Positions 13,528 through 26,200 of a DNA stretch of 64,000 nucleotides are shown here, piece by piece. The DNA lies in NCBI RefSeq assembly GCF_004010195.1, contig NC_057753.1, positions 13,802,485 to 13,866,484 on the forward strand, in the 5' to 3' direction. The notes under the pieces were generated by a model that was not told where the DNA came from, ran no database searches, and worked only from the letters and a program-made list of their open reading frames with translations. A program made the translations under genes and the position numbers. Source of the DNA: Chiloscyllium plagiosum (taxonomy: Eukaryota). Position 1 is the stretch's first letter, and each line of letters begins with the position of its first letter.

Positions 13528-13766
13528 CAACACCGAGCAGACAGTTAACACCTATTGTTCTCATTGATTGCTGTGTAGCTGTCATCAGCTATTATAGATC
13601 ACCCAATCTTACCTCAGGGGAAAAAAAACATTATTATTATGTGCAGCATGTTCCTCATCTGAATTACATTTTGAAGTCAGACACTGGCAGAACATTCTGT
13701 CAATTTCTGTTGAATGTAAACCAGACACAATGTACTCTCGAAGTTCAGTACCGAAACAAACAGCTT

Positions 13767-14689
13767 GCTGTCTGGTGAATCTGTTTTAAAATAATAAGGG
13801 AATCGCCCAGGGATTGCGTGTATTGTCGCAATTTGGAGAGACTTTCTTCTGTAAAACAAAAACAAATGACAAAGAGTCTGCCTTACAAATCCAACCAGAA
13901 TAATTGATTCTCGAGATAAATGGCATCTACAATGACCTTACTTGACGACTTAGTGCACTCCAACACTCTTCTGGTATATCCAGAAACTGCGGGAAAGTCC
14001 GTGATATTTACTGAATATTTATGGCCTGGTGGGTGAGTGAGTTGGGGAGGTGTGACGGGGAGGTGGGGAAGGCAGGGAGGTGAAGTGAGGTCTCCAGATT
14101 TACTGGGATAGCTCTCTGTTAAATTGCACACGTTAAACAAAATGACTGCTTTAAATATCGATGGCTTCCTTCTCCGCGGCAGCGCAGTTTGTCTCTCTGC
14201 CATGTATCTCACATTACTGCAGAGATGGCGAGGACGCACACTAAAACGCTGAAATTTCCATCTCATGTCGATCAGATGGTGCGCTCATACCGCTAAAAGC
14301 AACGATTATTTAGAAACATGAACAAGATGTGCTGAGAAAACTGGAGAGGTCTGGCTCCATTTATTGAAAGGGACGAAAATTCAATGTTTCGAGTTTTCTG
14401 GCACTTCCCCTCACCCAAGGAAGACTAAAAGCGAATTTGTCTCTTCCCCCAATTACCAGTGGTCCCAAGATTTCTACCCTTTTTTCCCTCAAAGTCCTTA
14501 TATGTGCTTTTTCTGGACTTACCAAAAGTCTGTCCAGGTCTTCGTCCCTACGAATACTCATCAATTCATATCAATTTCCTCCTCTCTTAAATTGTTTCTG
14601 GAATACAGAACAAAGTCTCCCAAAATTATGATAATGAATGCAATCCCTGGATGATTCCTTTATTATTGTAAACAGATTCACCAGACAGC
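13767..14689. repeat. Long imperfect inverted repeat
   Basis: 13767-13855 (TGCTGTCTGGTGAATCTGTTT...AGACTTT) is the reverse complement of 14603-14689. Weaker similarity extends inward. Confidence 0.8.
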
Positions 14690-14943
14690 AGGGAGATTGT
14701 TAAAATTTCATGGACAATTATGTTTAATCTAAACCGGACACAATATACAGGTGCATAGTATTGAGTGTACAACTCAGCCATTTCTCCTGTGGTCATGTGT
14801 ACTGCCCCTTTGGTTTATTCTCTGATCAGCCCTACGCCTCTTTAACCACTCTTTCATTGTTCATATTTCATTAAATACTTCTCAGATTTCCTGTTTAGAA
14901 GCAAATTCCTGCAGGTGATTGAATCTGTTTTCGAAGCAATCCA

Positions 14944-15125
14944 TGCTGAAAATCACGGCGGATCAGGCAGCATCCAACGAGAGCGAGCATTTTAACGTTT
15001 TGAGTCTCAATGGTTCTTCAACAGGCTCCAAAAAAGAGTAACCTAGAGGCGAAATATTGGCTTTCTGTTTCATTCCTTGGATGCTGCCTGACCCGTTGTG
15101 ATCGCCAGAAGTTTTTGTTTTCAGT
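14944..15125. mobile_element. Short fold-back repeat of the Penelope-terminus type
   Basis: TCAGGCAGCATCCAA ... TTGGATGCTGCCTGA inverted arms. Confidence 0.5.
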
Positions 15126-15969
15126 TGTAATTTATTTTGCTTCTCTTACTTTTGTGTCATGTCTGCGGAAACAACCATCTTCTCCTGTGCTCTCGTGTGC
15201 TCGTATCGATAAAAAATGAGAGATATTCTGGCTGATGTTGACAGAATTAAAGTGTTAAAGTCCCTCGCCCCATTGCTCGCTCTTGTAATTAAAATGACAT
15301 AACGATTCCATCTGGTGTTAAATGGACGCGACTGCATGAGTGTTAAACTTTGAACGGCATCAAAACATCTTTCTTTGAGGACTCCTCTTGGGTTAATTTT
15401 TAAGAGCAACGATTTGATTCTCAAAGCATTCTGCTTCATTCTCACTACCTCATTTATTTGGCGATGCCTTCAGCATGTAATGCTACCTTCTGTAATTAGA
15501 TTAATGTAAGATGTTCGTTAGCCAATCCTCTCATATATACCTCCACTACCACGGATTTGTTTTATTCAGCATGTGACAAACATCTTCGAGAAATACAGAT
15601 ATGTCGCACCGTCTCGTTTCTTTTCACCTATCCTGCTTCCTACCTCCTCTGAGGATTCCTCAATACTTGACAGACTCCTTTTCATGCCTACCCGTCTCCC
15701 AATGAAGGCTTACTGACTCTGCTTTATTGTTATTGACTTCTGAATAGTCTGATGTAGCGTCCATTATGATGGATTCTACTATTTTGCCACAATTACAGAA
15801 GCTGATCTACACAGCCTATGGTTACACGCATCGCATTTGCTCCTTATTTTATGGAGTAAATGTCGAGACATTGAGTGCAGAGAAACAGAAAGAGAAGGTG
15901 AGAGATAACGTCAATGTAAGTAACATTAATATTCAGAATTATGATCACTTATAGATTGATGACGAATGG

Positions 15970-16312
15970 GAGTGAATCGCATAGAACCGTATAAAATTTC
16001 AACAGAACTCGACAGGCTAAAAGCATGGAGGCTTATTCGGATGGTGGGTGTGGCCAGAACCAGGGTCACAGTCAGAAGATTTGGAGTGACCCATTTAGGA
16101 AGGATATGACGAAACAATTCTTCACCCAAAGAGTAATGAGCTTCTGGAATTCATTATCACAGCAAGTAGTTGATGCCAAAGCAATGAATGTAGGGATCAA
16201 AGGTTATGAGGAGGAAGCAGGATTAGGCTATTGAATTTGATGATCGTGATAAATGGTGAAGCAGGCTCAAAGCGTAATGCCCTCTTCCTGCTCCTATCTT
16301 CTATGTCTCTAT
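15970..16312 (+). mobile_element. CR1 LINE 3' fragment
   Basis: FFTQRVMSFWNSLSQ (CR1 ORF2 C-terminus) and the tail CTCTTCCTGCTCCTATCTTCTATGTCTCTATG. Confidence 0.8.
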
Positions 16313-17544
16313 GCTGCTGTAAATGAGCAATACAAGTCAAAATATAAAGTTTTCATTTTATGTGGGGACTACTGAATGCACAGAGTTTGCATGATTATCG
16401 TATATTTGCTTTGTCAGTCGATACATATTCCATTCATAAACTGGAGGTTTTTATGAAGGGTTTGAAATATCTTCAAATTGTAGTAAAGGCATTACACCAT
16501 TTTATTTGTTGTCCAGTGAAATCAAACTGCCTTCCCTTTATCTGACTCTGTAAGTTGATGCTGCTGTCAGGTTTGATGTTGATGTGTGCTGCTGCTCGGC
16601 TTCAATAAGATGGTATTGAAAGAATGAAACAATTGTGAAACCTGGAGTTTGCGGACTTTGATGATCTCTCCATTAAAAAGGTATCCTGTAGTTACATGAC
16701 AAGGCCAGCAGAGGGTGACGGTGTATCTTTAATTCATGCAATAATGTGCACTGACACTCACGCAAATATCACAAACACACAGTTAGTTCGTGTAATCAAA
16801 GGTTAGGCACCAAATTCATTAAAAGAAGAGCTTTATAACAAAAATCTTAAATTTGGGAATTCGATTTAATGCCTCGGGTCGAGTCGCCCTTCCTGAGAAT
16901 TAGTTGCGAGGAATGGCCAGTCGACTTGAAACGTTAACACGGATTTCGCTCCTCATTTCCTGCCAGTTATGTTGAACTTCCCTAGCAATTTTTACTGTTG
17001 TCCTTAATTTACAGCGATCGCAGTTCTTTCGCGATTTTATTAATATTGGAAACTGATTTTACGTTGAAATTTCTTCAAAATAATGTTGAAACTGATCCAC
17101 CTAATTTAGAGTGTATATTTACAGTTGCATTCCCCCTGCTATACAGCCTGCGACAGAGCCTGCTGCACTCATGAGGGAAACTTTGCTTCACCTGTACAAA
17201 GCCCTGGTTGGTTCACACCGCGAGGACGGGTACAGGGTGTTCTTTATTCTTTGGTGATATTGAACTCCTGTTAATGGGAACTGTATACACACCATCGTGG
17301 GATATTTTAATCTTCTTCCATTGCTCTGTTCCCAGGGAGCGTGAACAAAGGGACGGTAAATGATGGATAAGTATCGATAGCACACTGTCTGTTCTCAATC
17401 ACTGCAAATCCAAAATATGAAGAATCGGGATTATCAAATGTATTCTTGTAAGGCAAGAAGGGAAGAGCCAGAAGGTAGATTTCAAACGACGTTTTAGATC
17501 CAAATGTTATTCAGAAACTCGGTTATAATTACAGCTAGAGTTAG

Positions 17545-17960
17545 AGGTTATGAAGTGATGGGGCATGGGAACAAACCCTTTGGTGCAACTCGTCCGCACC
17601 AACCAAATATCCTAAAGTAGTTCCGTTTTCCTGCGTTTAGCTCTTACCCCGCTAAACCTTTATGATGTTTGCACCCACCACGTTGTTCCTTAACTGTTAC
17701 AATAATAATATTTCGACGATATCCTCTGCCATCATGTTCCACGCACGCACCACAGGTTGCCTGTCATGTCGTTTTAACATCCTAGCTCTTTCACTTTAAA
17801 TCTACCCAATTTAGTTTTGGACTTCAATACCTTTGGGAAACAAAAACCCTTGACTATTCACCCAATCGGTGCTTCACACGGATTTATCAAAACCTACGTC
17901 GCCTCTCCAGGTCTTTAGCGTTCCGGGGACAAAGAATTGGAGCCCATTCAGCCTTTTGCA
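17545..17960 (-). mobile_element. Degenerate CR1 3' fragment
   Basis: Similar to the 3' ends at 49757 and 51877. Confidence 0.55.
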
Positions 17961-19406
17961 ATCCTGTTCCTGGTGTGAGTTCTTGAAGCACGAGAATATC
18001 TCACAAAACACTTTTAATTAGTCATTTGAGCAATCTGTCCATAACATTGGACACCATCCTCTTTTGGAGTTGTTGAAAAAGGCAACCAAATAACCAATGT
18101 CGACAGACTTAAAAACCTGGATGACATTAATTGCAGCTGAACTCGTTCATGCGTCACTATGGTGCAGAACTTGGTGAACCCCTTCGGCTCGGTACAATGC
18201 CTGCGTCTCTCAAAGCATGGCTTGACTGCCCCACTAAGACAAACCGCTGAAATGGATGGTGAGCTGAGGTCTGAATTCTAATCGAAAACTAACATATGTG
18301 CCAATTTACCTGTCTTTTCCTGGTAGTTATGTCAGATTAATTCATGCATTTGTTTTACAGATTAGATGATTATGGTTAATTATTCCAATGTCACGCAAGT
18401 AAATTCGCAGATTTATAAATAAGACGATTAATTATTCAACTCCGAAATGCATTGGAGTACTATTGCAACTCGTCAGTCACTAAATTGTGATTCAATAATT
18501 TCGCATTTCTACTCTGGAAACTCAATACCGAAGACGTTGAACAGCATCCTGAGATTAGCATTAATTTTGAAAGGCACCATTCTTATGCATGGGCATGGAT
18601 TTCACAAGGCTGAAGTGCAATGATCCCTGCATGTCCTTGTAAGCAAGTAAGTATGTGGGTCCATCAGAAAGGAAGGGGTGTGGGGCGGGGGGGGGGGGTG
18701 GGGGGGGGGGGGTAATCTGAGAGAAGGTAATTAAATAAATACTTATACTTATTCTGAATTATAATATCTAAAGCTCAGTCCTTTATTACCATCTTTCTGA
18801 AAAGAAGGCTACCTATGAATCTGTATTTCACGAGATTCTAGAAATGTGACGAAACAAACAAACAGAATGTATCAAAGCGGTTTAAAATGTCGGCATTTGA
18901 CACTGAGAGATAAAGCAAGACATTTTCAGGAATGCTTACAAATCTATCTCGGGCGTCAGACAAAGATAGATGAATCCTATGCTGGTTCAGCATTCCCTCA
19001 GTTCTGAAAATAGGAAGCTGCTAGTGCTGGATTATGGGCATTACATTACCTCAATTGGTAAGCTTGAATAAACTTCGTTCTGGATTTTGGTGACAGAGAG
19101 TTCAATGTATTGAGATTCTGATAGAGCATTTAACGATCTTATTTGACGGCTCTGAGCAAATATTACACTCCATCTCAGAGGTGCAACATTAACTTGCGAA
19201 ATGACTTGCTTGGCAATATGGATAGCGGGTTGCTCTGCAGCATGCCCACGTTGTTGATTTCCAGATGGTGTTTGACAGAGCAAAGAAGAGGGAATTTTCT
19301 TGGTTTTGCACAAATATATCTGCTGCTTGATGCACATTTTTGATTAATGCATGCAACATTTCTCCGATAACCTACACACCAATCACGCAGTAGATATTCA
19401 TCTTGT

Positions 19407-19716
19407 GGGCGGCACGGTGGCACAGTGGTTAGCACTGCTGCCTCACAGCGCCAGAGACCCGGGTTCAATTCCCGCCTCAGGCGACTGACTGTGTGGAGTT
19501 TGCACGTTCTACCCCTGTCTGCGTGGGTTTCCTCCGGGTGCTCCGGTTTCCTCCCACAGTCCAAAGATGTGCAGGGTCAGGTGAATTGGCCATACTAAAT
19601 TGCCCGTAGTGTTAGGTAAGGGGTAAATTTAGGGGTATGGGTGGGTTGCGCTTCGGCGGGTCGGTGTGGACTTGTTGGGCCGAAGGGCCTGTTTCCACAC
19701 TGTAATCTAATCTAAA
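19407..19716 (+). mobile_element. HE1-type tRNA-derived SINE (young)
   Basis: GGGCGGCACGGTGGCACAGTGGTTAGCACTG (A box), GGTTCAATTCC (B box), CR1-derived tail GGGCCGAAGGGCCTGTTTCCACACTG(TAATC)n. Near-identical to 20915-21243. Confidence 0.92.
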
Positions 19717-20036
19717 TTCATGAAACCACTCATTGTTTAATAATGCCCACATTTCAAGAATAGGGATGTCACAAAGAAAACATTCTAATAACACCAGAAA
19801 ATATGACCATATCAAAGGTTGAATTAAAAATACAGGTTTAATTATTGCAATTGCCTATGTAATGACCTGGGCATACCCGATTAGAAAGTAAAATTATCTT
19901 CATATTAATGAAAAGGAGGAATCAAAAGTAAAGAAAGCAAGGAGCAAAGTAAATGGATGAATCGAAAAAAATGTAAAAGCAGAAATTAACGTAGAATGAG
20001 GAATAAAGTATGAAAGGAGGACACAAAGTAGGGCAT

Positions 20037-20125
20037 GAATGAATGAATGAATGAATGAATGAATGAAGGAAGGAAGAATTCAAGTAAGGCAGGAAAGAAT
20101 GAAGGAAGGAAGGAAGGAATGAATG
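20037..20125. repeat. (GAAT)n/(GGAA)n microsatellite
   Basis: Directly visible. Confidence 0.9.
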
Positions 20126-20914
20126 GACAACACGTCTTCACACAATGCTTTCGTGATTTCATGACGGCCCGCACTTCCTGTAACGAAAATAAAAGAGAGA
20201 ATGGGCAATAATTTACACAGAGTGGGCCATTCACTGGGTTATGCGAGCTTTTAGAACAGAATTGAAGACTGTAATTCAGGAACCGAAATTCTGTGACAGG
20301 CTCAAAATGTGACGAAGTTATCCTGCAGCAGAATGTCTAGAGGGAACCTAAGCTATGACTAACATTTTACGTACATTTCAATGAATAAACCAAAGCAAAA
20401 AAAAAAAACAGTTTCACACCTTCCACACTATTGAAGATAGAACAAGAACATCATGTTTGTAGGTGAGAGAATAGCTAAGAACCCTCTGGCCCCTCAAAAC
20501 AAACCATACCTGTACCAAACCACAACGAATGTACGTTCTAATGATAGATGCTGAGCTGAATTTCTCCCGCTAACCTAAGCCTGCCCCATCTCATTTGCGT
20601 TACATTCTTAATTATCTCGCGTTTTTAAGCGAAAGAATTCTTAATACATTCAGAGACATTAGTAACAATTAGACGTTCCACAACTAAATCACAAAAGATA
20701 GCTCAATGTTCTCATCTGGTTCATGAGAATGGGTGTGAAAATCACAAAGGAAACACCGTTGCTGGTCGTTCTCCCCTCCGTCAGCACTGTTCTCCACTCA
20801 ACTTTGCTGTTTCATTCAGGCTACTGTTGTTGTATCAAATGAGAAAGCAGAACTTCATGCAACATGAAATAATTCATCACCAGAGTCCACAGTCACATTC
20901 AGTTGTTAGGTTAG

Positions 20915-21243
20915 GGGCGGCACGGTGGCACAGTGGTTAGCACTGCTGCCTCACAGCGCCTGAGACCCGGGTTCAATTCCCGACTCAGGCGACTGACTGT
21001 GTGGAGTTTGCACGTTCTCCCCGTGTCTGCGTGGGTTTCCTCCGGGTGCTCCGGTTTCCTCCCACAGTCCAAAGATGTGCAGGGTCAGGTGAATTGGCCA
21101 TACTAAAATTGCCCGTAGTACTAGGTAGGGGTAAATGTAGGGGTATGGATGGGTTTCGCTTCGGCGGGTCGTTGTGGACTTGTTGGGCCGAAGGGCCTGT
21201 TTCCACACTGTAATGTAATCTAATGTAATCTAATCTAAAAAAA
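20915..21243 (+). mobile_element. HE1-type tRNA-derived SINE (young)
   Basis: Same structure as 19407-19716. Confidence 0.92.
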
Positions 21244-21994
21244 CGCTTGAACAAGGTGATACATAATGGCGCAGACAATGAAGAAGAGCGAACTGAGAAC
21301 AGAACGCCTTTTTATTTTCTGATTTAATTGTTGTAATGTCCTCAGTATGCTAAGTATATTTATCAATCAGAAATTTTAAAATGTGACTGATATTTCAGAA
21401 CAAGCAAGTTTTGCAAAAAGAAATCAGGCGGGCAACTTGAATAAAATAGATTGTTTTCGAGTTAGATAGATCTGGAAGACATCACTATGATCACTATTTG
21501 TTCATGAATTGTCATTTTTCCATCCTGATATATTTAAGCACAGGATTCTGGTAGATTGCCCAGTCTTCCTTTTAGGCTCAGTTGCCTACAGGACGAGATC
21601 ACCATTGAATCAAAGGTGATATGTTAAAGTTTCTCCAGCAGAACTTTAGCACCTATCACAGTAATCTGATGAACACAGAGCAATCGCTTGGGCGCCAAGA
21701 AAGAAAAACTTCAAACGTGCATGCAAATGCATTAGAATATAAAATGTAGCACCAAAGGTTGGCCATTCTATCCATCGGGGCTGCTACAGCATCCAGCTAG
21801 ATCATTGAACATTTCCGACTACGCTTTCATGATTCCTTTACTGATCAAATATCTGTCTTTTTCAGGATTTAAGCATAATGAAATATTTAATAGATTGGTC
21901 ATTCAGCAATCAGCCAGACCCAACTATTCACGGTCATATTATCCGCTCACAGAAGCGAATTCACTGCAATATTTCCAAATTTTCTTTCATTACA

Positions 21995-22215
21995 ACAAGA
22001 CTTGAGGAAAGGAGCAACAGCATCACTGCAATTTTAGAGGACATTGTTGATACCTCGCCAGTGAAGACTTCCATGGCTATTTCCAGAAACAGAGACTTAT
22101 TTCCAGATTGTTTAGCACTGCCTTCCATATCATTCAATTACGATGGTGGAATCCATGACCCCGAAGATTAATCTGCTGTTTTTGATTGCTCTGTCAGTGA
22201 CATTACCACGATGCT
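21995..22215 (+). pseudogene. Highly decayed V-segment remnant
   Basis: RKGATASLQF (FR1-like) and ED*SAVFDCSVSD (DSAVYYC-like), followed by CACGATG. No clear nonamer. Confidence 0.3.
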
Positions 22216-22404
22216 AAGTTACAGCAGTCTATGCTACCTGCATGATTCACTGCAGAAGTTCATAAATGATCCTTAGTAGCAATTTGCAAACAAAATAAAC
22301 TTCCATCTTGAAGCACTAGTGCATCAGGTAGCTTGGAATATATTTTATCGATGGGGAGGAGAAATCTGGTTGCGTTATTTTGTTTCACAGAATAAGAGTC
22401 AACA

Positions 22405-22740
22405 ATTTCCGCTGATGGGTGAGTGCCGAACCAGAGGATACAGCTTATAAATACGGGGTAGACCATTTAGGACAGAGATGAGGAGAAACTTCTTCATCCA
22501 GAGAGTGGTGGCTGTGTGGAATGCTCTGCCCCAGAGGGCAGTGGACGCCCAGTCTCTGGATTCATTTAAGAAAGAGTTGGATAGAGTTCTCAAGGATAGT
22601 GGAATCAAGGGTTATGGAGATAAGGCTGGAAGAGGATACTGATTAGAAACGATCAGCCATGATCATATTGAATGGCGGTGCAGGCTCGAAGGGCTGAATG
22701 GCCTGCTCCTGCACCTATTGTCTATTGTCTATTGTCTATT
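22405..22740 (+). mobile_element. Young 5'-truncated CR1 insertion ending in (CTATTGT)n
   Basis: RRNFFIQRVVAVWNALP plus 3' UTR. Interrupts one copy of a local duplication; the empty site is at ~23729. Confidence 0.88.
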
Positions 22741-23233
22741 GTTAATAATGCAATTTATCAGCAATTTTCTACTTGCCTCACAGTGAAATATTGATGGTGA
22801 AATGCGAATCCTTTGGGATTTTTCACACTTTCTATGAACGTCTGTCAATCACTTTTCTTTCATTTACTTACTTAATTTCTTTAATTTCCCAAGCAAGCTC
22901 ACCATTATGCTGAGTTTGTAATATATCGATGTTTCTATTTTAAATTATTGGAAATCCTTGCTCACATGCATCATGAATCTAGCATCAGAACAGGGACTGG
23001 AGCTCTTCAAGAAGGCAGCTCACCCTCACCTTGCGAACGCAATAAATGGTAGCTATCTAAAGATGTTTATCTCCCACATGGAGCTAAATGAAATAAGTAC
23101 TGCCATGTTCAGGTTTTTTCATCTCTTTCCGCGCCTCAATCACTGCATCTGCCACCTCACAACGTTAAGTTTTATTTGGGCAGTTTTCTCCGTGTTGTCT
23201 ACCGCTGTGTATCTGCAATCCCTACAATGTTCA

Positions 23234-23636
23234 GATGCTTTTCCATCTCTCCCCGCGCTCTGTAGCATTGTACTGAACGCCAACACAATGCAGAGTCGTA
23301 CAGATCTAAGTTTCTCATTTGTGTGCTGGAGACTTTTAACAAACAGAGAGCATTATAGTGAACACAGGGACGAGCGAGAACTGGAACCTGGTCAGAATTC
23401 GACAATAGCGGAACTTCGTCTTCCATCAGTACTATACTTATTCTACTCTTCTGAAGTGCGTCTGTGAAGCAGGTATTTCAGAGCGTGTCCTGGGGACTGA
23501 TGGCGCCATTAAATCGTGTATTGACGGAACGCTGAATATTGACAGAATGCTGAATATTCACAGCTTAAAGTAATGATGTCACCAGCAGAAGATGGTTTTA
23601 AAAGTGAACACGTGCTCACCAGAGAACTGGAATGTG
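23234..23636 (-). pseudogene. Leaderless 'supporting' TCR delta V pseudogene (NAR-TCR type)
   Basis: Acceptor gtccag|CA; HSSSLVSTCSLLKPSSAGDIITLSCEYSAFCQ[YSAFRQ]YTI*WRHQSPGHALKYLLHRRTSEE*NKYSTDGRRSSA...MRNLDLYDSAL. Extra Cys in CDR1; no leader seen upstream; decayed RSS (TACAATG). Confidence 0.7.
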
Positions 23637-25324
23637 CTGGACAATAAACACAAGATCATTTTCCAAAAAAATCGATGGGGGAGGAGAAATCTGGTTGTGT
23701 TATTTTGTTTCACAGAATAAGAGTCAACAGTTAATAATGCAATTTATCAGCAATTTTCTACTTGCCTCACAGTGAAATATCGATGGTGAAATGCGAATCA
23801 TTTGGGATTTTTCACACTTTATATGAACGTCTCTGAATCACTTTTATTTCATTTACTTACTTAATTTCTTGCTTGAATATCCTTATTACTCTGAAGCTCA
23901 CTTTAAAATGAAATCTTTTCAGTCGGTTTAATTTCATTTTTGCCTGTATGATAACTTATTGAAAGGATGGCCTCAACCTAAATATGCCTTTAATAGGATT
24001 TTTTTCTGTTCACTTTTTCATCATTTTAAAGGGGATGTTTTAAACCTTGTGCCTAGATGACTGCACCTGGGATAGTTGAGTAAGTTTATCTTTATAAAAG
24101 AAATGGGTGGGTTAAATCAGGCTCACAGAGACCCACGGTTTTATTTTGCTCTCAGCTGTTGAAATCTGTGTTTTGGAATTGACGTTTATCTCTCTCTCTC
24201 CCTCCCTCCCTCTCTCTCTCTCTCTGTCCGTCTCAATGATGCTATATTGCCTCCTTCCTTTTTCCCCCTTTCTTCCCAGTAGTAGGCATAACAGGTGAGC
24301 AAATCCGTTCTTCTGAATTTGTCTTTGCAAGATTGTGCTTATGACATTCTATTATATTGGAACAGTTGATGTTAAATACGATAGTATTTTGACAGTATTT
24401 TGCTAAATGTAAATTATGCATTTTCTTCGCATTCTGTTTTTTACTTTAACTCTAGTGAAATATTACACTGCATTTTGCCTAAAACCCAGCAGTTTGACCA
24501 ATTAAATCATATCCAGAACGCATCACATTATAGTTGACTTTAACAAAATAGCAAGTACGGGTTTCGGCTATCTGTTTGATCTGTTTTAAGGGGGTTTCAT
24601 CTGTTCCATAACAAATTGTGGGCTCGCAGACATGAAGCACTCTAATTCCAGATTGTGAATAGGATTATTGCACTCAAAGACAGTAAGTATGAGTGTCGGC
24701 ATTTTCTTTTCAGATGTTGCATTCCGTTCATTAAAAACAAGATTTTTTTTTTGCAGTTGTCAATTGAAATCATTCTAATCAGTTGTCGCAATTGTTTTCT
24801 TATTACTTACTGTTTCTTCCAACATTTGGATTATTTCAATATTCCCATTTTTAATTATAGATTCTCTCTAGAGATGTATCACCAGAGTTTTCAATCATTT
24901 TTAAGTTAAACATAAATTGCTTGGCAAGACGTTTGGTCGAGCATATCCTTGGCAGTGTTTGAGCTCCACACTCAACTCCATCCATGTAAATAGTGGTAAA
25001 TACGAGTAAACTGCTTCCATCTCGACCCTGGTGCTCATCTGCTGCTTACTCTCTTTTCGATTTGCCAAAGCTGACCAGGAATGCATCAATGAGAGCTGCT
25101 CCGCCTCTCAAAGTTTCAAGATGTTACTTACCCTGATGGAAATTCGGCAATTTTCCTATAATCACGATTTGTTTCAAACGTCTCAAGCCAAGTAAGCTCC
25201 CAAACATGTACACTTGTAAACCATTTCATAATGTAAATTACTTAAGCGAAGACTCTTCGTTCTTCCTTGTTTTCACAGGAATAGACTCCGAATTGTACAC
25301 CCATACCATTAAAAAACCATTGAA

Positions 25325-26200
25325 CACAGATATATGCAGAAGTTAGGAGCAGGAATATGCCATTTATCGCTCTTCGCTTGCTTGGACATTCTATATTATT
25401 ACAGAAGATTGTCTATTTGAATACTACTATCCTTCTTATCACAAATTCCATGGGGGTTTCAAAACATTTTTTAAGAAATGGCCTATGTTGAATCTGTTTC
25501 GTGACTTTGCCACCAAAACTTTCAGTGATAGTGGAAAAAGGGTCAAAACTGTTTCCTGTCTTTCGTAGTGGGGATCATAATAATTTGGTGGTATAGTTTT
25601 CCTCATCTCAGAGCGAAAAGCCTCATCACGTTTCCCGGGACTCTTTCCCCTTGTTATGGATTCCCTAACCAGGGAGAACATTCTTCCTGTATTCATTCTA
25701 TCCACTCCTGTTCATATATTTTGTTGCAATCAGATTGTTTCTCATCTCTCTCAACTCGAGTGAATACAGGTTTCATCAAAACTTGTTGCACAGTACAGTA
25801 ATCATTGGATCATTCTACTGAACATTGCTGCAAACCCTTTCTGCAAACCCTTTCTGTAAAGCATATCACTTAAGAGCATGGGCACTAAAACTGCACACAA
25901 CATAGCACGTACGGCCTCACGAAAGCACTGTATAACTGCAATATGAGATCTTTACATCTGAACTCAAGTCGTCTTGAAATCAAGGTTAAGATACAATTTA
26001 CCTTCCTAAATTGCTTGCTACACTTGCCTTTAGACTTTCATTGACTGGTGTATAAGGGAACAGCGATCCCTTTGCTCATCCAACTTTCTCACTAGAACAA
26101 AATGTTACTCACATTCTAATTGAGTTGAAATGTATAAGTTGACAAACTGGGACGTTGTACTGCACACGTCATCTTTTTTTCTATTCGCTCAATTTGTCGA
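25325..26200 (-). mobile_element. Old CR1 LINE 3' portion
   Basis: DRMNTGRMFSLVRESITRG...FRSEMRK resembles the CR1 ORF2 C-terminus. Confidence 0.65.

Noticed and set aside
13448-13778. C-terminal ~110 aa of the 270-aa ORF as a novel V-fusion protein
   Set aside because: Read-through across the RSS into flanking DNA; no domain features.
18677-18712. Poly-G tract / G-quadruplex
   Set aside because: Simple low-complexity run with no functional context; its length is unreliable.
19407-19480. tRNA gene (A and B boxes)
   Set aside because: It is the head of an HE1 SINE, present in multiple copies.
22958-23467. 169-aa plus-strand ORF
   Set aside because: Partly antisense to the supporting-V pseudogene; no recognisable domain.
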